DNA of 64,000 nucleotides from Verrucomicrobiia bacterium. GTDB taxonomy: Bacteria > Verrucomicrobiota > Verrucomicrobiia > Limisphaerales > UBA8199. The stretch spans positions 400 through 64,399 of the forward strand of contig DATGLT010000445.1 of NCBI GenBank assembly GCA_035294005.1, in the 5' to 3' direction. The number at the start of each line of letters is the position of its first letter. The first letter of the stretch is position 1. The position numbers and the translations under genes were made by a program. The notes under the pieces were generated by a model that was given only the letters and a program-made list of their open reading frames with translations, was not told the DNA's origin and did not search any database. This document shows, one piece after another, positions 32,310 through 41,224 of the stretch.

Positions 32310-32951
32310 TTAGGACTTCTTCTCCACCAGGCTGCTGACCTGATCAGCCAAGCCCGGGATTTCTTTGCGCGACTGCACGACTTCATCAACCAGGCCGTAA
32401 TTCTTGGCCTCCTCTGCACTCATGAAGTTATCCCGGTCACAGTCCTTTTCGACCTGGTCAATTGAGCGGCCCGTGTGCTTCGAAACGATCGAATTAAGCC
32501 GTTGCTTGAGTTTCAGCATGTAACGAACTCGGATTTCAACGTCACTGGCGGCGCCTTCCGCTCCCCCAAGCACCTGGTGAATCATGATGTTCGAGTTGGG
32601 AAGGGCGTACCGCTTTCCCTTGGTACCACCGCACAGGAGCACCGCGCCCATGCTGGCGGCCTGGCCGATGCAGTAGGTATTCACGTCACAGGTTAGGAAC
32701 TGCATCGTGTCGTAGATTGCCAGGCCCGCCGTGACGCTGCCGCCGGGAGAATTGATGTAAAGGTGAATGTCCTTCTTGGGGTCGGTCATTTGCAGGAACA
32801 GGAGCTGAGCGATGATGACGTTAGCCACCATGTCGTCCACGGGTGTTCCGAGGAATACGATCCGGTCGACCAACAGCCTCGAATAAATGTCATAACCGCG
32901 TTCACCCCGCCCGGTCTGCTCAACCACCATTGGGACTAAAAAGTTATCCAT
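32310..32951 (-). CDS. clpP: ATP-dependent Clp protease proteolytic subunit
   Basis: [35 protein letters not shown]. Confidence 0.98.
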   Translation of the reverse strand: MDNFLVPMVVEQTGRGERGYDIYSRLLVDRIVFLGTPVDDMVANVIIAQLLFLQMTDPKKDIHLYINSPGGSVTAGLAIYDTMQFLTCDVNTYCIGQAASMGAVLLCGGTKGKRYALPNSNIMIHQVLGGAEGAASDVEIRVRYMLKLKQRLNSIVSKHTGRSIDQVEKDCDRDNFMSAEEAKNYGLVDEVVQSRKEIPGLADQVSSLVEKKS

Positions 32952-32983
32952 AAAACATATAAGAGCTTTATTCTCTGTGTCGC

Positions 32984-33012
32984 AACGTAGCGGAGCCCCT
33001 GATCCAGGTCAA
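32984..33012 (-). promoter_or_regulatory. sigma70-like promoter for clpPX (TTGACC-17-TACGTT)
   Basis: Minus strand reads TTGACCtggatcaggggctccgcTACGTT. Confidence 0.45.
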
Positions 33013-33044
33013 GCGTGCCCCGAACCAGCATCAACCAATAACAA

Positions 33045-33566
33045 CTAATTCCACGTCCGCCCTTTTACGGATGCCAGGACTCTCGGCCAAATCAGCAACA
33101 AAGCGCTTGCGAACTCTTGCGGCTTCTGTTCCATCCATTTTGTGACCATCCCAGGGCTGAACCAACCGCCGCTCTCGATTTCTTCCAGGTTTAATTGGAA
33201 AGGGCCTTCCGCTTCGCATCGATAGACCCAGACATGTTCCTGGTCGGTCATGTCGGAAGCGGGTAACTTGAAAAGCGGCAGCGGTGGAGTTTTCAACTGC
33301 AGGCCGATTTCCTCGCGCAGTTCGCGAAGCGCGCAGGCATCATAGCTCTCTCCGCTGTCCACGTGGCCCGAAGCTGAAGAATCCCACAGTCCGGGCTGCC
33401 GATCTTTGCTCATTGAGCGTTTTTGGAGAAAAACATCGCCTCGCTGGTTAAAAACCAGAACATGCGTGGCCCGGTGCATGAGGCCAAGTCGATGGACTTC
33501 GCTTCGCGGGCGGCGATCCACAACTTCATCACGTTCGTTTACCACGTCAAAGATTTCTTCGCTCAT
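33045..33566 (-). CDS. NUDIX hydrolase (IPP isomerase-like subfamily)
   Basis: EEIFDVVNERDEV, LMHRATHVLVFN, WDSSASGHVDSGE, RELREEIG. Confidence 0.85.
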   Translation of the reverse strand: MSEEIFDVVNERDEVVDRRPRSEVHRLGLMHRATHVLVFNQRGDVFLQKRSMSKDRQPGLWDSSASGHVDSGESYDACALRELREEIGLQLKTPPLPLFKLPASDMTDQEHVWVYRCEAEGPFQLNLEEIESGGWFSPGMVTKWMEQKPQEFASALLLIWPRVLASVKGRTWN

Positions 33567-34407
33567 ATAAAATCCGGGTGAGTTTCGTGAATTGTTCGAG
33601 ACTCACCATTTCAGCGCGCACCGCCGATGGCAATCCGGTTTCCTGCAAAGCGCGTTCCACAGCGCTGGTCTCCCAGTCCTCCTTCAGAAGCTTGGCCATC
33701 ATTTTGCGCCGCTGCGAGAAGCTGCGCTTGAGGATGGATACAAAACATGGGCGCAAATCCCCGGTCAACAGCGGGGGCGTCCTCCTGGAAAGGATCACGC
33801 AAGCCGACTCGACATCCGGCTGAGGGAAAAAGCAGCCGGCGGGGATCTTAAACCAGTCGATCGGCAGGTAATCCAACTGCACAAGCAGTGTGAGGACCCC
33901 GTAATCGGGCGTGCCCGGGCGCGCCGTCAATCTGCGCGCCACTTCGAGCTGGAGGGTGACCACGATCCGTTTGGGTCCGAGGTCATTCAAGGCGAGTTCG
34001 ACGAGGATCGGAGAGGCCACCGAGTAAGGCAGGTTGGCAACCAGTTTCCATTCTCGCCAATCGGCCTTGTTGGTCTTGAGGTACTCGAGTGCGTCGGCCT
34101 CAACGAGCTTCAAATGCGCAGACTTGAAAGACACCGCCTCTGCCTCGGCTGAAAATCGTTGCCGCATAATTTCAATCAATCGCGCATCTTTCTCGATTGC
34201 CAGGACTTCGCCTGCCGCGGCCACCAATAATTCCGTCAAAGGTCCCAGTCCGGGCCCGATCTCGAGCACTTTGTCCTCGGGGCCGATCTCCGCCTCTCTT
34301 ATAATGCGCCGCAGTTGATTGCCATCGTGAAGAAAATTCTGGCCGAGGGATTTTGTCAATTGCACGCCACGCTCGGCCAGGATTTGCCTCATCTCGCTCA
34401 GCTTCAT
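33547..34407 (-). CDS. rsmA: 16S rRNA (adenine-N6)-dimethyltransferase RsmA/KsgA
   Basis: KSLGQNFL, VLEIGPGLG, VANLPYSV, F.QRRKM. Confidence 0.96.
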   Translation of the reverse strand: MKLSEMRQILAERGVQLTKSLGQNFLHDGNQLRRIIREAEIGPEDKVLEIGPGLGPLTELLVAAAGEVLAIEKDARLIEIMRQRFSAEAEAVSFKSAHLKLVEADALEYLKTNKADWREWKLVANLPYSVASPILVELALNDLGPKRIVVTLQLEVARRLTARPGTPDYGVLTLLVQLDYLPIDWFKIPAGCFFPQPDVESACVILSRRTPPLLTGDLRPCFVSILKRSFSQRRKMMAKLLKEDWETSAVERALQETGLPSAVRAEMVSLEQFTKLTRILYERRNL

Positions 34408-35786
34408 ATTCGCAAGGTCTTGAGCATGGCCGATTCCAGTGCCGACACAGCCGACCGCAATTGATTCTTTTGGATTGTTAAGGGCGGCGTGAAGCTGATG
34501 ACGTTCGAATGCTCTCCCTCCGGCAGAAGAATGAACCCGCGCTTTAGCATGTTCTTAATGATGTCCAGCGCAAAGGCGGTAGCCGGTTTGTTCCCTCGCA
34601 GGATTTCGATACCCGCGAGCAATCCCCGCCCGCGGACGTAACATTTCACATTCGAACCGCGGGACTGGCTGGCCATGGCGCACAAGTCTTCCAAGAGCAA
34701 CTCGCCCAAAGCCGCGCTGCGATCCACCAAGTTGAGCCTTTGAATCTCACGAATGTTTTCCAGCGCCATTGCACATCCGACCGGGTGACCCAGAAAAGTG
34801 CTGGTATGAATGGCTTCCCCGTTGGAAACAGGCCAAGCGGCATCCATAACCGCAGCTTTGCCCACGCACGCTGAGAGCGGAAAACCGCCGGTCAGAGCTT
34901 TGCCCAGGCAAATGATGTCGGGAATGACATTCGAATGCTCGCAGGCAAACCAGGTGCCGGCACGACCGAAACCGGTATAGATTTCGTCCAGGATCAAAAG
35001 CGCGTCATTTTCATCGGCGACTCGCCGGAGCATTGCCAGGAAAGCATCCGGGGGCACGTTGATGCCGCCTCGCGCCTGAATCGGTTCGACGAGGATCGCG
35101 CCTATTCGGCGTCTTCTCAGCTTTTGCCTAAGCAATGTTTCGAGCGCCTCAACCGATGGTTGGTCGCTAGAGTAAAGGATTCCTTTGCCTTCCTGCCCTG
35201 GGCACATGCTGCGATGACTTGGGTACGAGACGAACGACGCAAACTCGCGAAGCTGATCGCGAAAGGGGCCGCGAAAGTGTTCCCGGTAGGTCGCGTTGAG
35301 CGCGCCATACCCGAGACCATGATAAGCGTTTCGGAAGGCGATGATACCAGATTGGGACGTGGCAAGCCGCGCCGTTTTCAAGGCCGCTTCCACAGCTTCG
35401 AAACCGGAATTGCAGAAAATCGTTTTGCCCTTTATCCTGGCACTTCGAGCCGAGCCGGCCGCGGTCCAGCGTTCAAAAGTCAGTTCGCTAAGCTTTGCCG
35501 CCAATTCCGCTTTCGCCCGATGCGGGTGCACGTCGCCCATGGCGTGAACGAGGCGGCTCATTTGCCTGCGTGCGGCCTGGATGACGCGGGGATTGGCGTG
35601 GCCCGTTGCCGCCACCCCGAACGCAGCCGTCAAGTCGAGATGGCGATTCCCGTTTTCATCCCAAACGTGCACGCCGCTCGCTCGTTCCCACACAATTGGC
35701 CATGAACCATCCGGATCGATGAAGGTGACATTCCGAGACTCATACGTTCGCAAGAGTCGCAAGGTCGGCGATGTTCCCCGCGGCAT
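34404..35786 (-). CDS. Class III PLP-dependent aminotransferase
   Basis: DLTAAFGV, NSGFEAVEAALK, YHG, VEPIQARGG, LDEIYTGFGRAG, GKALTGG (PLP Lys), TSTFLGHP. Confidence 0.9.
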   Translation of the reverse strand: MPRGTSPTLRLLRTYESRNVTFIDPDGSWPIVWERASGVHVWDENGNRHLDLTAAFGVAATGHANPRVIQAARRQMSRLVHAMGDVHPHRAKAELAAKLSELTFERWTAAGSARSARIKGKTIFCNSGFEAVEAALKTARLATSQSGIIAFRNAYHGLGYGALNATYREHFRGPFRDQLREFASFVSYPSHRSMCPGQEGKGILYSSDQPSVEALETLLRQKLRRRRIGAILVEPIQARGGINVPPDAFLAMLRRVADENDALLILDEIYTGFGRAGTWFACEHSNVIPDIICLGKALTGGFPLSACVGKAAVMDAAWPVSNGEAIHTSTFLGHPVGCAMALENIREIQRLNLVDRSAALGELLLEDLCAMASQSRGSNVKCYVRGRGLLAGIEILRGNKPATAFALDIIKNMLKRGFILLPEGEHSNVISFTPPLTIQKNQLRSAVSALESAMLKTLRI

Positions 35787-35789
35787 GGA

Positions 35790-36542
35790 TCAAACTCCGC
35801 GTTGCTCAGCCGGCCAGATCACTTTATGCAGCTGAATTTGGAACCGCACCGGCAACGCATCGGCGATGATCTTGTTGGCCAGTTCCTGCCGAGCAATCGG
35901 ACGTTGTCCGGCCGGAACCGGTTTCAGGGATTTATGACGTTGTTCCGCGGTTAACGGGTGAACCCACGAAATCAATATTGGGCAAATGGAGGCCAGGTCA
36001 TGTTGGGTTATGATCTCTTTCGTCCATTCGTAGTCTTCAAGGGTGCCGATCACGAACTTTATTTCGTCGGTGCGCTTCAGCAGGGGCACGTTGGACCAGC
36101 GATTTTTGTCCATCTCCCCGCTGCTGGGACATTTCAAATCCATAATGCGATGGACCCGCGAATCAACCTGGCTGATGTCATGCGCGCCGCTGGTCTCGAG
36201 CAGGACGGTAAAACCGTCATCGCAGAGCCTCTTCATCAAGTCGTGCGAATTGGACTGCAACAACGGTTCGCCTCCGGTTAGTTCGACGAGGGGCAAGCGC
36301 AACGTTGTCGAAGGTGCGCCAGGCAAAACGTTTCTTCGAAACGGAGCAGCCAACTCCTCGATTTTTCCGACGATTTCGGAGAGCGCCAACTTGCTGCCTT
36401 CCTTAAACGCATACGCAGTATCGCAGTAGGAGCACCGGAGATTGCAGGCCGTCAGCCGCACAAAAATACACGGCAACCCAGCAAAAGTGCTCTCACCTTG
36501 CAGGCTTAAATAGATTTCGTTGGTCACCAACCCGTTAGCCAT
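35790..36542 (-). CDS. queE: 7-carboxy-7-deazaguanine synthase QueE-like radical SAM protein
   Basis: NEIYLSLQGES, CNLRCSYCDT (CX3CX2C), LTGGEPLLQ, LETSGA, QLHK; start moved to ATG 36542. Confidence 0.88.
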   Translation of the reverse strand: MANGLVTNEIYLSLQGESTFAGLPCIFVRLTACNLRCSYCDTAYAFKEGSKLALSEIVGKIEELAAPFRRNVLPGAPSTTLRLPLVELTGGEPLLQSNSHDLMKRLCDDGFTVLLETSGAHDISQVDSRVHRIMDLKCPSSGEMDKNRWSNVPLLKRTDEIKFVIGTLEDYEWTKEIITQHDLASICPILISWVHPLTAEQRHKSLKPVPAGQRPIARQELANKIIADALPVRFQIQLHKVIWPAEQRGV

Positions 36543-36641
36543 TAGTTTTGGCAGTTTAAACGGGTTTGGCGCCGATGACACGAACGAATCGGGTTGCCGT
36601 TCGCGGGTCAAAGCGCGGGTTACTCACCAGTGGACAAACTG

Positions 36642-37889
36642 CTATGGAGATAAATGGTCCCTCGAACCCCAGGTGCGCAAAATTGGTTCAAGGGTCTCTG
36701 TGAATCGAGCCCGGGCCACCGGGCCGACGTGGGTTAAATCTTCGTAATCAGACTCGCCCTGCGGCGGAAAATTATCTTCCTCCAACAAAATGAAGTTGTC
36801 GTACCGAGTTGCCAGCTTTCGCAGAAAAGCGCGCATTTGATTACGCAGGGTGGGGTCCAATCGTCGAGCAAGAACGGGATTGACCTGCCCGCAACAGGCA
36901 ATGACGGTGCGGTGCCGAGCCCGGCACTTCTCAACGAAGGCGTCAAATGCGTGAAATGAAAAATCCGACTGGGCGTTTACGCCGAACACAGCAGCAAATT
37001 CAGCCGCTCGCTGCGAAAGGTTGGAATCCAAAGCGGCGTCACGCTGTTTCTGGCGAATCTTGGTGGCCTCGATTCCCAGGAGGCGTTCGGCAAGAGGCTC
37101 CCGGATCCAGAAGGGGGGCAGGACATCACCAAGAAGTCCGTAGCCCATGGATCGTGGAGACCAAGACCATTGACCCAATAAGCGATGGAATTCCGGCAGG
37201 TCGCGCGGAGTTAAAAAGAATGGCAAACCTTCGCCGACAGCACCCTCAAAAAAATTAAGCTCACTGAGATAACAGAGAATGGCATCGACTTGATGGCCTT
37301 CCAGCTTGCGATTGAGTAAGAGAAAGTCGTACGCGCGGTTTCCTGGAAAATACAGTTGCGTGGTGAAGATTTTGGGGCCCAGGTGTTCGTTCAACTCACG
37401 CGCGTCAATCTGGGCAAGGACCTGGCTCGATCCCGCCAGCACGACTTTCAAAGGCGCTGGGCTCTCGTTCATGAGGAGCAGTTTGATATGAAATTGCGTG
37501 AGGTTGTTGGTGGAGCCCTTTCCAGTCCAAAATAAACACCAGAAAAGGCAGGTTCCAAAAGCGCACTTGAGCCAAAGGTTAACCCCCAAAAACCCAGCTA
37601 CGGAAAAGGGAACCCATTTCCACAAAACGGGAAGCCGGCGGGCTATCAATGTACCCAAAACGATGACACCCAGGCTCACGATAACCGTGACAGTTATAAG
37701 CCAGGCTGCCTCGTAAAAACGATGCTGCAGGAAAACGGCAACGTCGGAGAACTTGCCATCGCCAGCGCGCAAAATACGCTCTCCCCAACGCTGGGACGCG
37801 AATGCCGAGATTCGTTTAGCCAGCGCCCAATAGCTTGACCACACCACAACCGGTGCCACGAGGGAGCCAATCAAGAGCAGCCTTTTCAT
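36642..37889 (-). CDS. Membrane-anchored protein partnering the MBOAT (AlgJ/DltD-like SGNH-type candidate)
   Basis: N-terminal TM helices, then LAGSSQ (GxS motif) and C-terminal DLTH (DxxH) catalytic-type motif; 2 nt from the MBOAT stop. Confidence 0.55.
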   Translation of the reverse strand: MKRLLLIGSLVAPVVVWSSYWALAKRISAFASQRWGERILRAGDGKFSDVAVFLQHRFYEAAWLITVTVIVSLGVIVLGTLIARRLPVLWKWVPFSVAGFLGVNLWLKCAFGTCLFWCLFWTGKGSTNNLTQFHIKLLLMNESPAPLKVVLAGSSQVLAQIDARELNEHLGPKIFTTQLYFPGNRAYDFLLLNRKLEGHQVDAILCYLSELNFFEGAVGEGLPFFLTPRDLPEFHRLLGQWSWSPRSMGYGLLGDVLPPFWIREPLAERLLGIEATKIRQKQRDAALDSNLSQRAAEFAAVFGVNAQSDFSFHAFDAFVEKCRARHRTVIACCGQVNPVLARRLDPTLRNQMRAFLRKLATRYDNFILLEEDNFPPQGESDYEDLTHVGPVARARFTETLEPILRTWGSRDHLSP

Positions 37890-37891
37890 TC

Positions 37892-39544
37892 TCAGAATTG
37901 AAAGTAAATGAACTGCGACCCTTCAAACACACCTAGGCTCAGAATAGCAGCCAGGGCCAGAATAACTGCTACCACCTGTGAACCTGTGCGCCACCGAGAG
38001 AAGTGGTTCATCTCATCAAATTTCCATTGGAAAAATAAGCTGACACAGCCCAGCACCAGAATAGCCTGAGCGATCGGGTTAATGCGGGCCGGCCAGGCTA
38101 CCAGGCTCTCGAGGGAACGCAGGACAAAGTGGAATTGGTCAACTCCCGGAGCCAATGAGCCGGCGCGAAACAGCAACCAGCCAAGACAGGTAATGTGAAA
38201 AAAGACCACAATGAGAACAAAGCGCTTAACCAAGCCCATGAGGTCCCCGCCGGAAGGCGGTCGCGAAGGAGTCGAAATCGGCTGCGGGGTGGAGAGTGGA
38301 ACTGACTCCGGGGACGCGCTTTCTCTTTGGGATTCAGCATAGGAGGTCCACGAGCTTCCTTGGGCCAGGCTCACCGACGCCGTGGCCAATGTATTAACCG
38401 AAGGCCCCTGCATCACCGCATGGGCTTGAGACGTAGAGACCGGCAAAGGATGGGTGATCTCGGCCCGGCTGAAGGATTGGAATCGCGATGAGACGAAATC
38501 GTTCCACAGTCGTTGGCAGGCTAGAAGGCCCCCGTGATATAGTCCCCACAATACATAGGCGACACCGGCGCCATGCCACAAGCCGCCCAGCAACATCGTG
38601 AGCATCAGGTTTCGATAGGTCTTCATGCGTCCGTAGCGATTGCCTCCGAGGGGAATATAAAGATAATCGCGTAGCCAGGTGGAAAGGCTGATATGCCAGT
38701 GGCGCCAGAAAGCAGCGGGATTGGTGACCAGATAAGGAGCACGAAAATTCTCGACCAACTCGAAGCCCATCAATTTGGAGAGCCCTCGGGCAATATCCGA
38801 GTAGCCGGCAAAGTCGCCATAGATCTGGAAAGCAAAGGCGTAGATGACCAGCCAAAAGTTAGCGTCTGCCAAGGCAGGCAGGCTTCCTGAGAAACCCCAA
38901 GTAGTGATTTGGCCAAGACGATCCGCAATGACCACTTTTTTCAGATAGCCCATGAGGATCAGCCAAATTCCGTTGGCAACTTCCTCAGGAACAATTTTTC
39001 TAGGCCGCTGACATTGAGGCAGGAGCAAGGACGCCCGAACAATCGGCCCCGCCACCAGATGAGGAAAGAAGGCCACATACAACATGAAATCGAGGGGATT
39101 GCGAGCCGGCTTGAGTTCGCCACGATAAACATCGATGGTGTAGCTCATCGAGAGAAAGGTGTAGAATGAAATCCCTACCGGCAGAACCACGTGCAGGATG
39201 GGAAAACTCAAAGTGACGCCAAGGTGCGCGAATGCAGCTTGCAGGCTCTGCTCGAAAAACCCAAAGTACTTAAAGATACAAAGGACACCCAGGTTCACGG
39301 TCATGCTGGACGCCAGGAGAAACTTTCGTCGTTTCGGATCGGGTTCTTCGTCGATCCATAAAGCACAGAAGTAGTCAAATAATGTCGTGAACAGCAATAA
39401 GCCGAGGAAGCGGGGATCCCACCAGCCATAAAAAATGTAACTGGCAACCAGCAGCATCCAATTCTGGAAACGATGTTTCAAGCAATAGTACAGCGCCAGA
39501 ACCACGGACAAAAAAGCCAGAAAGGTTAACGAATTGAAAACCAT
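37892..39544 (-). CDS. MBOAT family O-acyltransferase (AlgI/DltB-like)
   Basis: MVFNSLTF, LPVGISFYTF, FFPHLVAGPIVR, YGDFAGYSDIARG, NFRAPY, FWRHWHISLSTWLRDYLYIPLGG, GGLWHGA. Confidence 0.93.
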   Translation of the reverse strand: MVFNSLTFLAFLSVVLALYYCLKHRFQNWMLLVASYIFYGWWDPRFLGLLLFTTLFDYFCALWIDEEPDPKRRKFLLASSMTVNLGVLCIFKYFGFFEQSLQAAFAHLGVTLSFPILHVVLPVGISFYTFLSMSYTIDVYRGELKPARNPLDFMLYVAFFPHLVAGPIVRASLLLPQCQRPRKIVPEEVANGIWLILMGYLKKVVIADRLGQITTWGFSGSLPALADANFWLVIYAFAFQIYGDFAGYSDIARGLSKLMGFELVENFRAPYLVTNPAAFWRHWHISLSTWLRDYLYIPLGGNRYGRMKTYRNLMLTMLLGGLWHGAGVAYVLWGLYHGGLLACQRLWNDFVSSRFQSFSRAEITHPLPVSTSQAHAVMQGPSVNTLATASVSLAQGSSWTSYAESQRESASPESVPLSTPQPISTPSRPPSGGDLMGLVKRFVLIVVFFHITCLGWLLFRAGSLAPGVDQFHFVLRSLESLVAWPARINPIAQAILVLGCVSLFFQWKFDEMNHFSRWRTGSQVVAVILALAAILSLGVFEGSQFIYFQF

Positions 39545-39806
39545 TGCAGCGTATTAAAGCGGGGACGGGGAATGGAGCTCCACAACTAAAGCCAGATCAA
39601 ATTGCCGGGCCAGTATTGCGGGTGGAAGCAATGCCTTTGGTTGCAATAAAGTCATGCGCGAAGACGTCATTTCAGGTTAATTTAGGTTCGGACCACGGCA
39701 AGGATAAACAGCGGACCAGCGAGTTGGCATTGGGGCCAGTTAAACGCGACTGATAAGCGAAAATTGCCGTGAAATCGAGCTCCTGACGGCTTATTTTCGC
39801 CGTGCG

Positions 39807-41063
39807 ATGCAAATTTACGATTCCCCCACGTTCCGCATGGCTTGCCAACAGTTCGACCTGGTTGCCGATCATCTGCAAATACCGGAATCGGAACGCGGTC
39901 GCCTGAAATTTCCGAAACGCTCGATGACAGTGGCGTTACCGATCCATCGAGACGACGGGTCAATCCAGGTGCTCAGCGGCTACCGCGTGCAGCATCACCT
40001 CACGCTGGGGCCGACCAAGGGCGGGCTGCGATATCACCCGGACGTGAGCCTGGGTGAGGTCGCGGCTTTGGCGATGTGGATGAGCTGGAAGTGCGCGCTC
40101 ACTGGCCTGCCGTACGGAGGCGCCAAAGGAGGCGTCGCCTGCGATCCTGGGAAGCTTTCCCGCGATGAACTGGAACGCTTAACACGCAGGTACACCCAGG
40201 AGATGATTCCATTTATAGGGCCGCAAATCGATGTCATGGCTCCCGACCTTGGAACCAATGAACAGGTGATGGCGTGGATGATGGACACCTATTCAGTGCA
40301 CGCGGGCTATACCGTGCCGAGCATTGTAACTGGCAAGCCTGTGGGAATTGGAGGGTCGCTCGGCAGACGCGAGGCGACCGGACGCGGCGTTGGGTACCTG
40401 GTGAATCGCGCGACGGACACCATGGGCCTGGATATCAGCAAAGCGACTGCCGCGGTCCAGGGTTTCGGGAATGTCGGTTCGGTGGCTGCTCTTTCGCTGG
40501 AGCGGTATGGCGTGAAGGTCATCGCCGTTACGGACGCCTTCGGCGGCGTCTATAACAAGAATGGCTTGAATCTCTGGGAACTGGAAAAGCACGTCGCCAA
40601 TAATAAAACCGTGGCCGGGTTTTCCGAAGCCGATCCGATTACCAATGAACAACTGCTGGTGTTGCCGTGTGATATCCTCGTTCCCGCGGCTTTGGAGCGG
40701 CAGATCACGGAAGCCAATGCGGGCAAAATCAAATGCCGGATCCTTGCCGAGGCTGCTAATGGCCCCACCACGCCTGAAGCTGATGCGATTCTCAATAATC
40801 GGGAGGAGATCTTCGTAATCCCGGATGTGCTTTGCAATGCCGGCGGCGTCGTCGTCTCCTATTTCGAATGGGTTCAGGACTTGCAGAGCTTTTTCTGGAG
40901 CGAGACCGAAGTCGTCGACAAACTGTTTCGGATCCTGGAAAACGCCTTTTCCCAGGTGGTCGCGATTAGTCGAAAACAAAAACTGCCGATGCGAATGGCG
41001 GCCTTGAGTGTGGGGATAAAACGCGTGCAGGAGGCAAAACGCGTTCGAGGTCTATTCCCTTAG
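39807..41063 (+). CDS. gdhA: Glu/Leu/Phe/Val dehydrogenase (glutamate dehydrogenase)
   Basis: GPTKGGLRYHP, MSWKCAL, GGAKGG, DVMAPD, VTGKP, ATGRG, VQGFGNVG, EAANGP, NAGGV.VSYFEW. Confidence 0.93.
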   Translation: MQIYDSPTFRMACQQFDLVADHLQIPESERGRLKFPKRSMTVALPIHRDDGSIQVLSGYRVQHHLTLGPTKGGLRYHPDVSLGEVAALAMWMSWKCALTGLPYGGAKGGVACDPGKLSRDELERLTRRYTQEMIPFIGPQIDVMAPDLGTNEQVMAWMMDTYSVHAGYTVPSIVTGKPVGIGGSLGRREATGRGVGYLVNRATDTMGLDISKATAAVQGFGNVGSVAALSLERYGVKVIAVTDAFGGVYNKNGLNLWELEKHVANNKTVAGFSEADPITNEQLLVLPCDILVPAALERQITEANAGKIKCRILAEAANGPTTPEADAILNNREEIFVIPDVLCNAGGVVVSYFEWVQDLQSFFWSETEVVDKLFRILENAFSQVVAISRKQKLPMRMAALSVGIKRVQEAKRVRGLFP

Positions 41064-41180
41064 CCGACGGTGCTGGGTTGCGGGTTTGGCGACCAAACGA
41101 CGGGTGCGCGCCAATGTTTCGTTAAACCACGGTGGACGCGGCAAAACCGGAGCAACCGATCACAAACTGTCTCATTCCAT

Positions 41181-41209
41181 TTGGGTGCATTCGAGGGCCG
41201 TGCTATGAT
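41181..41209 (+). promoter_or_regulatory. Extended -10 promoter (TTGGGT-17-TATGAT with TG) upstream of cotH
   Basis: Plus strand reads TTGGGTgcattcgagggccgTGcTATGAT, 15 nt before ATG 41225. Confidence 0.5.
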
Positions 41210-41224
41210 TGCGTTGCCACCGCA

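Noticed and set aside
31019-32951. Functional link between clpPX and the arc-dop system
   Set aside because: They are about 28 kb apart with unrelated genes in between; clpPX is canonical and nearly universal.
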